Shown here in pieces: positions 52,867 through 59,790 of a stretch of 64,000 nucleotides of DNA. The notes under the pieces are model-generated. The model saw only the letters and a program-made list of their open reading frames with translations, was not told the origin of the DNA and ran no database searches. Numbering within the stretch: position 1 is the first letter of the stretch; each line of letters begins with the position of its first letter. A program made the position numbers and the translations under genes. The stretch is taken from IMG/VR virus record IMGVR_UViG_3300026549_000005, positions 3,003 through 67,002 of that record; one strand, given 5' to 3'. The DNA comes from a virus.

Positions 52867-53586
52867 TTATTCAAATAAAGGTAAATTATTCTTTTTTATA
52901 CCTTTATTCCACGGAATACAACCTTTCTTTCTACCAACATTTTTCCTTTGTTCTGCATTCAACTTCACCCCTTTATTCCAAGCAACTTGCCCTTTATGTG
53001 ATTTTTTCAAATTTTCAATATGCTCTTTTGAAAAAACCCTGCCTTTTGCCGATTCAGATATTTTCTTTTTAGTTTCTTCACTATGTTTTCTACCCTTTTG
53101 AGATTGACTCATGTGCAATCTTGCTAAATCTGAAGGTATTTTTCCTAAATGGGCATTCCTATTTTTTAATTTTGTTCTTTCACTATGCTTTTTCCCATAA
53201 AATCCATTTTTAGAACCATAATTAGCACATTTTTCAGATAATAACTTTTTAGTCTTTTCACTATGATGCTTACCATAAAACGGGTTTAATTCGCCACAAC
53301 CAATTCCACCATCACCACCTGCTGAAATGTTATATTCTGCTTTACCTTCACCACGACATAAAGCAATGAAAACTTTTTCCAAAATATTTACATTTTCTTT
53401 TGTTTCTGTAATTGCTAAAATTTCTTTTGAAAAAATTTCTAACCCATACTTTTCTTTAGCAAGTTTTAATTTACAACCTGAACCCATATATTTATCTGTT
53501 TCAGGTGTTTTATTAGCAGGACACTTTCTTTGCCCTATATATGTTTTCCCATTAATATTGTTTGTTATACAATAAATATAAAACAT
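52867..53586 (-). CDS. free-standing GIY-YIG homing endonuclease with NUMOD3 repeats
   Basis: FYIYCITNNINGKTYIGQ...YMGSG; three G(K/R)(K/H)HSE.TK repeats; ATG 53586 overlaps the upstream stop; C-terminal LPLFE. Confidence 0.85.
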   Translation of the reverse strand: MFYIYCITNNINGKTYIGQRKCPANKTPETDKYMGSGCKLKLAKEKYGLEIFSKEILAITETKENVNILEKVFIALCRGEGKAEYNISAGGDGGIGCGELNPFYGKHHSEKTKKLLSEKCANYGSKNGFYGKKHSERTKLKNRNAHLGKIPSDLARLHMSQSQKGRKHSEETKKKISESAKGRVFSKEHIENLKKSHKGQVAWNKGVKLNAEQRKNVGRKKGCIPWNKGIKKNNLPLFE

Positions 53587-54209
53587 CAGTTTCCTCTTAC
53601 ACAAACGCTTGAAACACCTTTTATATTTTTCTTTACTTCAAAAACCCTATCCGCTATATCAATAAATTGATTCTCATGTGTGACCATAATTATTTCGAGT
53701 CCGAGTTTTGTAGATAACTGCCTAACAACTTCACAAACCCTACTCATCAAATCTTTACTTACAAATTTCATAGGTTCATCAAGTATCATCACATTATCAC
53801 AATTTGATGATAAAACATAACTAGCCAACCTTAATGCCCAACAAGTAACATCTACTACCCCGCCCCCGCTGGCATTCATAGGGTCAATTGGTCTGCCCGT
53901 TTTTTGTGATAGGAAAACTAATTCAGCATCAGTTTTACCCCTTGCAATATTAAACTGTAACTGAAATTCATATTCATTTGGAAAACAAGTTTCAAGTGCA
54001 AGATTTACAATATCTTCAATCTGAAATTTCAATTGTGATTGTGTATCTTGTGCCACTTTCTGCAAGAATGCCTGAGCCTGCTCCAACAACTTAATTCTAT
54101 TATTAAGATTATCGAGTGTTGTTTTATTCTGAATAAGGTTATTTTTAATCTGCTTTTTCATTCCCTTAGATTGCAGGAACAATTGTTTTACTCTGTTTAT
54201 ATCCATCAT
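53586..54209 (-). CDS. SbcC/Rad50-like ATPase, C-terminal half
   Basis: Coiled coil, then signature ASGGGVVDV, Walker B VMILDEP, H-loop MVTHE. Confidence 0.7.
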   Translation of the reverse strand: MMDINRVKQLFLQSKGMKKQIKNNLIQNKTTLDNLNNRIKLLEQAQAFLQKVAQDTQSQLKFQIEDIVNLALETCFPNEYEFQLQFNIARGKTDAELVFLSQKTGRPIDPMNASGGGVVDVTCWALRLASYVLSSNCDNVMILDEPMKFVSKDLMSRVCEVVRQLSTKLGLEIIMVTHENQFIDIADRVFEVKKNIKGVSSVCVRGN

Positions 54210-54526
54210 AATTTATCACCAACACCTTCAGCTCTTTTACGATTCTTTTCAATACAACCCAAAATTGCTTTTTCAATATCAATGTTTTCTTTTCCCGCAA
54301 TAATAAGGCAACAACAAATTATATCAGCAAGTTCTGATTCAAAATGAGGTTTTTGAAAATTATCCATTTCATAGGTATAAGCAGTATATGCCTCCATTGC
54401 CTCAATAACTTCAGTTGCAGTGTGTTTCAGCATACTTCTTGTATCGGTCTTAATATGCCCACCATTTTTATTTCTCAAATTAGCATTATTTAACGTTACT
54501 TTACACAATTTATTCAAGTCCAACAT
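54206..54526 (-). CDS. MazG-like nucleotide pyrophosphohydrolase
   Basis: TATEVIEAMEAY...ELADIICCCLIIAGKENIDIEKAI; ATG 54526 after GGGAG. Confidence 0.6.
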   Translation of the reverse strand: MLDLNKLCKVTLNNANLRNKNGGHIKTDTRSMLKHTATEVIEAMEAYTAYTYEMDNFQKPHFESELADIICCCLIIAGKENIDIEKAILGCIEKNRKRAEGVGDKL

Positions 54527-54527
54527 T

Positions 54528-54788
54528 TTATGCTCCCAATTCTTCTTCAAGTTTGTCCCAATCATATGAATCAAAAAGTTTGTTACTTAAAGTTTCCAAA
54601 CGCTTATTTGAATTATCAAGTTCACCCTGCATTTCCTGCAACTTACCTTTTATTTCTTCAACATCATCAGTGCCAAATTTTTCTTTCCACTGCTTTTTAA
54701 TACTTTCTTTTACACCCTGAGCCTTAGCCTTTTCAATCTCATTCTTATTAATCAAATCCTTAATTCTTTCTACTTCTTTTAGTTCCAT
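54528..54788 (-). CDS. coiled-coil protein
   Basis: 86-aa ORF. Confidence 0.45.
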   Translation of the reverse strand: MELKEVERIKDLINKNEIEKAKAQGVKESIKKQWKEKFGTDDVEEIKGKLQEMQGELDNSNKRLETLSNKLFDSYDWDKLEEELGA

Positions 54789-55077
54789 ATTCTTCCAACT
54801 CCTTTATTGTAAATTTCTGTAAACATACAGATTCAAGATATAATTCAAGAACCTTGTTCAAAGTTCTATATTTTGCGTATACTTCGCAAAGTTTACATTT
54901 TTTAATTGATTCAAAATCAACTTCGTTTATATTTTTTTCAGTACAATTTTCAATCAATTTCCTGCAATGCTTTCTTTCTTCAAGACCATCAGCAATTGTC
55001 CGATAACCGAAAATCTTTTTAAGTAATTTTTTAGTTCGTTTCTGAATATCCGAACAATATACATCAACTATTTTCAC
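54760..55077 (-). CDS. hypothetical protein
   Basis: 105-aa ORF, GTG start after GAGGTG. Confidence 0.45.
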   Translation of the reverse strand: MKIVDVYCSDIQKRTKKLLKKIFGYRTIADGLEERKHCRKLIENCTEKNINEVDFESIKKCKLCEVYAKYRTLNKVLELYLESVCLQKFTIKELEEYGTKRSRKN

Positions 55078-55096
55078 ATTTACACCTCACTGTTTA

Positions 55097-55996
55097 TTAT
55101 AGATTTTCAGATTCAAATTCTTCTATCAAAGTTTTAACATTCTTTGAATTAACCATTGTTCCATGAATAAATACAAATTTACCCTTTGCTTTTTTATAGT
55201 AACTACTTCCACAATATCTAAAATGTGCTTTTCTAAAATGAGGTGTAACTGTATAACCACTACTTGATAATTTTACATTTTCCTTAACAACATCATTAGC
55301 TGATAAAATAAACTTTTTAGATTTATAACTATTTGAAATAAATCCTTTAGGTAATCCGTTTCTAACACAATCTGGAAAACATTCCATATACATTATTGTA
55401 TTCAACATTAACTGCCAAACTTTCAAATCCATTTCATCAACATCAGACTTTGGATTTTTAAGAAAATCATTTGAACTATTTATCTGTGCATAATTTATCC
55501 CCTCAATATAATCAAGTGTTAAAGTATCATCATCTTCAACAAAAACCGAAAATGTATATCCTTTATCCGTATTAGGTAAATGTAAACAAATTACAAATTG
55601 CTTTTTTTCTTTAGCAATCTTTTTTTCAGTATCAGCAATAAAGACAGTTTCTGAATTATCGCTAATATATTTTTTAATTCCTTCTAAATCTTTCACATTT
55701 AAATTTTCCAAAAATGTCAAAAGATTTTCAGTTTCCACAAAAATATGAAGCGACTTTCCCAATAAATCAGCACTAAATATTCCGTTAATTGCACCAATAA
55801 CAGTTTTAACATCAACATCATCACAAAGAGAACACCGCTCAATCTCAGCCAATTTTTGACTAAAAATCATTTGTCTGCAAATTTCAAAATCAAGCCCACT
55901 TTCTTTTTGCAAAAATTTAATGTCATTTTTATCCAAATTATTATATAACGAATATAATTCAGTAAGACATTTACTATATTTTATTTTTGTTTTCAT
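55097..55996 (-). CDS. hypothetical protein
   Basis: 299-aa ORF downstream of sbcD. Confidence 0.5.
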   Translation of the reverse strand: MKTKIKYSKCLTELYSLYNNLDKNDIKFLQKESGLDFEICRQMIFSQKLAEIERCSLCDDVDVKTVIGAINGIFSADLLGKSLHIFVETENLLTFLENLNVKDLEGIKKYISDNSETVFIADTEKKIAKEKKQFVICLHLPNTDKGYTFSVFVEDDDTLTLDYIEGINYAQINSSNDFLKNPKSDVDEMDLKVWQLMLNTIMYMECFPDCVRNGLPKGFISNSYKSKKFILSANDVVKENVKLSSSGYTVTPHFRKAHFRYCGSSYYKKAKGKFVFIHGTMVNSKNVKTLIEEFESENL

Positions 55997-56000
55997 ACGT

Positions 56001-56861
56001 CTATACCTCCAACAATTCCTCTACAACTTCCTTTAATTCAGGCTCAAAATCATTACGCTTCATCATCGCCTCAACATTCGCAAGGAAATCAAGTGAAACA
56101 CCTTTTGTCTTTTTTAATTTATCCACAAAAGATTCAATCCTTTCATTACGCTGATTTTCCTGCAAAATGTATGAATCATCTATTAAATCTTCATTATCAA
56201 TTATAGGAATAAACTCAACAATATTTTTATCTGTATCAACAAAATAAACCCCGCATTGATAATCTTTCATATCGCTTGCCTGCCTAAGCAAACAACCGCT
56301 ATTTACAACGTGTCTACCCTTTTTTTCATAATGAAAGTTATGATGATAGTCACCCGTAAAAATCCATTTTGCGGTCGGGTATTTTTCAAGCAGGGATTCA
56401 GGAGTCTCGCAATCTACAAAGTCGGGTTTGTCTTCCTGCGGGATGGTCAAAGTGTGAATGAACATATAAGGCATTTCCAATCTTTCTTCATCAAAATTAC
56501 CCGCTGAAAATTCATCAGAATAATCTTCAATCTTAAATATGTTTTCACTATTAAAAAGAACCCCAATTGCTGATTTATCAAGATTTTCTGAATTGTGATA
56601 TGGCAAGTCGTGATTACCAGCAAGAATATACAAACCGCCTGCACAATCAGCCAATTTCTGCACCATACTTATACATTCAAAACTTGTATCTGAATTAGAA
56701 TGGAATATATCACCAACTACCATTATTGGAGCATCCTTATCTTCAGATATTTTAAGTATCTGCCTTAATGCTTGTCTTTGTGTTTCCAACCAGTCATTGT
56801 CAACCCTGCAACGAGGTCTTGTTGCCCTTATGTGCCAATCTGCCGTTATTATCGCTCTCAT
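56001..56861 (-). CDS. sbcD: SbcD/Mre11-like nuclease (calcineurin-like phosphoesterase)
   Basis: ITADWH, VVGDIFH, LAGNHD and GDYHH motifs. Confidence 0.85.
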   Translation of the reverse strand: MRAIITADWHIRATRPRCRVDNDWLETQRQALRQILKISEDKDAPIMVVGDIFHSNSDTSFECISMVQKLADCAGGLYILAGNHDLPYHNSENLDKSAIGVLFNSENIFKIEDYSDEFSAGNFDEERLEMPYMFIHTLTIPQEDKPDFVDCETPESLLEKYPTAKWIFTGDYHHNFHYEKKGRHVVNSGCLLRQASDMKDYQCGVYFVDTDKNIVEFIPIIDNEDLIDDSYILQENQRNERIESFVDKLKKTKGVSLDFLANVEAMMKRNDFEPELKEVVEELLEV

Positions 56862-56863
56862 AA

Positions 56864-57079
56864 TTACTCCTTATTCAACCAATCCATTGCCCTCTGCTTT
56901 GCGTATTCGTCAGAATTGTTAAGCAAGTCTTGAATAATTGTCTTTGCATATTCAAGACTTTCTTCCCTAGGCAATGCTCCCGTAATATAACCGTTTACAA
57001 AAATCGGTCTATCTATCATAGATGTACATTTCCACTGTATAGTGTTTGTAGCTTCTTTTCTTAAACTTTCCTCTGTCAT
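56864..57079 (-). CDS. hypothetical protein
   Basis: 71-aa ORF. Confidence 0.5.
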   Translation of the reverse strand: MTEESLRKEATNTIQWKCTSMIDRPIFVNGYITGALPREESLEYAKTIIQDLLNNSDEYAKQRAMDWLNKE

Positions 57080-57128
57080 TTCACCTTCCCCTCAAAAAAT
57101 TTTCCATTCGTCCATTTCAATTGGTCTA

Positions 57129-57377
57129 TTACAACAAGGACAAATTGCAGGCAATTTCCCCTATGTATTTATATTCAACAAATCTTACCTTATCCCCAAA
57201 TCGGTTTTCTGAATTTCTTTCAACATTCTGAATAACATAACCTTCATTACGCAACGTATAAATTATTGCTGATAACCTTGTTGCACCAAATTTTTCAAAA
57301 GCCTCCATTGAAGTTATGCTCTTATTTTCCTTGAGATATTCAAGAATTCTTCCCGTATTTCCACTATGCTTTTTCAT
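57129..57377 (-). CDS. winged-helix DNA-binding protein
   Basis: ILEYLKENKSITSMEAFEKFGATRLSAIIYTLRNEGYVI; GGGAGG RBS; flanked by the hook-coding repeats. Confidence 0.55.
   Translation of the reverse strand: MKKHSGNTGRILEYLKENKSITSMEAFEKFGATRLSAIIYTLRNEGYVIQNVERNSENRFGDKVRFVEYKYIGEIACNLSLL
57136..57156. repeat. hook-coding direct repeat, copy A
   Basis: aaggacaaattgcaggcaatt; 20/21 identical to 57417..57437. Confidence 0.8.
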
Positions 57378-58425
57378 GTTTGCCTCCCTTGCATATATTC
57401 ATAGGATTACCGCACAAAGGACAAATTGCAGGTAATTGCTCCTGCAAACACTTAATATCTGCCACACTGTTTTCAATGTGCATTTCCTGAATTCCATAAT
57501 TATAAATTGATTGTTCCAAATCCTTAACTTTTACTTCCAATTCATCTGTATTAAAACTTTCAATTTTTGCAATAAGTTTCTTTTCTTCAGTAAAATCAGG
57601 ATATTCCTTTATACTTTCAAATTCATCAATGCTTTCAGCCAACTGAGCGACCTGCTCGCCTAACTCCGTAGACCTCTGCATCCATTCCTCAACCTCAGCA
57701 ACCAACTTCTTCTGCTTTTCCAAATCAAAAATTCTTTCTGAGCAGGATTCATAATCTGATAGTGATTTTTCAAGAAACATTACATCACTTTCAATCTGAT
57801 TTTTACGGTTTGAAACACGCTCATATTTTTCAATCAATATTTCAGCATCATCAAGCCATTCAAAAGCCTGCAACTTATCTTCACAATCTTTAATTTGTGC
57901 CTGAACATTTTTAATATCATTTTGTGTTTTTCTTCTTGTTGCTTCAGCATTAGTTAAAACCCTATCAATAACATCAAGCCTTACAACCTTATTAAAATAT
58001 TTTGCAACTTCACCACTAGATTTTGAAAGAAGAAAAGGCTCATCAAGTTGTTTCTGAATGTTGGTATCAGATAAACACAAAGCCTGCTCCACTTCAGCAG
58101 GAACATCAGATTTTACAACATCAAGCACCTTACCATTCACAATGTACTGATTATCATTTTTAGTTCTTTTTCTTGTTACAGTGCCAAAATCATTTTCAAC
58201 TGTAACTGTCATTTCACTTTTCAAATCACCTTTATCATTCAATGCCCAATGACTTGCAAGTGTATCAATTCCCAAAGGTCTGTTATATCTTGCCCAATAC
58301 AAGCCTCTAAGAATTGCTGATTTACCATTATTAGATGAACCAACAATTACATTTATTCCCTTATCAAAATCAAGCCTTGTATTTTCATGTGATTGAATAT
58401 TTTTAAGTTCAATGCTTTTAATCAT
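57364..58425 (-). CDS. SbcC/Rad50-like ATPase, N-terminal half ending at the zinc hook
   Basis: Walker A GSSNNGKS, long coiled coil, CPLC hook 12 aa before the stop; ATG 58425 after AGGAG. Confidence 0.75.
   Translation of the reverse strand: MIKSIELKNIQSHENTRLDFDKGINVIVGSSNNGKSAILRGLYWARYNRPLGIDTLASHWALNDKGDLKSEMTVTVENDFGTVTRKRTKNDNQYIVNGKVLDVVKSDVPAEVEQALCLSDTNIQKQLDEPFLLSKSSGEVAKYFNKVVRLDVIDRVLTNAEATRRKTQNDIKNVQAQIKDCEDKLQAFEWLDDAEILIEKYERVSNRKNQIESDVMFLEKSLSDYESCSERIFDLEKQKKLVAEVEEWMQRSTELGEQVAQLAESIDEFESIKEYPDFTEEKKLIAKIESFNTDELEVKVKDLEQSIYNYGIQEMHIENSVADIKCLQEQLPAICPLCGNPMNICKGGKHEKA
57417..57437. repeat. hook-coding direct repeat, copy B (encodes LPAICP of the zinc hook)
   Basis: aaggacaaattgcaggtaatt. 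Confidence 0.8.
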
Positions 58426-58438
58426 CAATAACTCCTAT

Positions 58439-58450
58439 ACCTTAATTATA
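58439..58450 (-). promoter_or_regulatory. -10-only promoter motif TATAATTAAGGT (M7)
   Basis: 18 nt downstream of a terminator. Confidence 0.5.
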
Positions 58451-58468
58451 GGAATTTAAAATAAAAAA

Positions 58469-58494
58469 AAGGCACTGATTTTATTCAGTGCCTT
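58469..58494 (-). terminator. rho-independent terminator
   Basis: 10-bp stem aaggcactga/tcagtgcctt followed by TTTTTTTTATTTT on the minus strand. Confidence 0.7.
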
Positions 58495-58499
58495 TTCAA

Positions 58500-59232
58500 T
58501 CACAAATCAAATAATGGTGAATCAAAATAATCTTGTTGCTTTCCTAGCACAAAATCACAAATCCAATTTCTTGCATAATCTGAACTTATCATAGACCTTT
58601 CTTCTGAACACAAGCCCGCTCTACTTGCCATTTTACATTTCATTATTATTTTTTGCTCTTTATCTTTCTGATAACTAAATCCGTTTGTAGGTTCACAATT
58701 CCAAAACCAATAAGCCGTAGGTTTCTTGAAATAATCACCACGCTCCATTCTATTCATATCAACAACATCAGGTGCTTTCAAAAAATTACCTTTAAGAAAA
58801 GTTTGTTCACTCCACGGATTCTCAAAAACCATTCTGATATTTTTATCTAAGCATACTGCAACAAATTTCACCAACCTATCAAAATATTCTTTACGGTTAT
58901 CAGACCTTTCCAAAATCTTTTCAATTTTTTCCCTAACAGTTAAACATCTATAATTTACATTTGTAAGATAAAATGCCGTTTGTGACATAGCACAAAAATA
59001 AATGCAAGGATAAAAAGCAACAATCAAATCATCACTTTTTATCTCATCAAATACGGATTGCCCCCCCCCTATATGCTTTATCAATTTCTGAAAATAAATC
59101 CATAACAAAATCAGTTTCACCAAAATTGTTTTGAATATCATAATCCATTGCATCAATTCCCAATTTCTTGAATTCATTTTTGAATGTTCCTGATTGTTCA
59201 AAGAAACAATGCACTTTACCTTTAATTTCCAT
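58500..59232 (-). pseudogene. C5-cytosine-methyltransferase-like gene frameshifted at a G9 tract (possibly phase-variable)
   Basis: Frame 1 VHCFFEQSGTF (motif I-like); frame 2 AFYPCIYFC (PC) and VFENPW (ENV-like); frames switch at 59061-59069; C-terminal SPLFDL. Confidence 0.55.
59061..59069 (-). repeat. G9 homopolymer (C9 on the plus strand)
   Basis: Read directly as ccccccccc. Confidence 0.95.
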
Positions 59233-59540
59233 TATTTTTTCACCACCATTGCTTTTACCCTAAACCCTGCACGATATAACTCATTTTGCAGTAAACAAAC
59301 CATCTGCTCATTATTTGATAATTCACCCAATCCACCACAATCCAAAACTGCATGAATCCACTCATGTATCAAAATTGATTCTTTCATTTCTTTTGGCATA
59401 TCCTGATTTATCGTTATAACTGCCATTTTTGAATCACTCCTGCCCATTGAAACATCAGTTCTTGAATTGCTTTCTACTTCCTTATAAAGAAAAGGAACAC
59501 CACACACATCAACATAAACATCTTTTTCAATCAAACTCAT
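59232..59540 (-). CDS. small HExxH zinc metallopeptidase-like protein (ImmA/IrrE-like)
   Basis: ILIHEWIHAV motif. Confidence 0.5.
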   Translation of the reverse strand: MSLIEKDVYVDVCGVPFLYKEVESNSRTDVSMGRSDSKMAVITINQDMPKEMKESILIHEWIHAVLDCGGLGELSNNEQMVCLLQNELYRAGFRVKAMVVKK

Positions 59541-59541
59541 T

Positions 59542-59790
59542 TTATTTTATTTCCTCCCAATGCCCTTTATGTTCATCTTCATAACAATCTTCACCTGCAT
59601 TGTAATCAACCCATTTCATTTTCCCTTGCTTTACTTTTTCAAGCAAATCTTCCAATTCAGTAATTCTTTCAACTGCACTCTTACATACACTTGAAACAAC
59701 AACGCAACAAGTTGGTGTAATCTTGTTTTTGTTTTCCTCAGCACATTTCAACAACGCACCTTTAATTTGCATTCTTTCTGAATCTGTCAT
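59542..59790 (-). CDS. hypothetical protein
   Basis: 82-aa ORF. Confidence 0.5.
   Translation of the reverse strand: MTDSERMQIKGALLKCAEENKNKITPTCCVVVSSVCKSAVERITELEDLLEKVKQGKMKWVDYNAGEDCYEDEHKGHWEEIK

Noticed and set aside
59232-59540. HExxH peptidase as evidence of an ImmA/XRE lysogeny switch
   Set aside because: No adjacent XRE-type repressor, integrase or attachment site is visible in this window. The lifestyle cannot be inferred from this gene alone.
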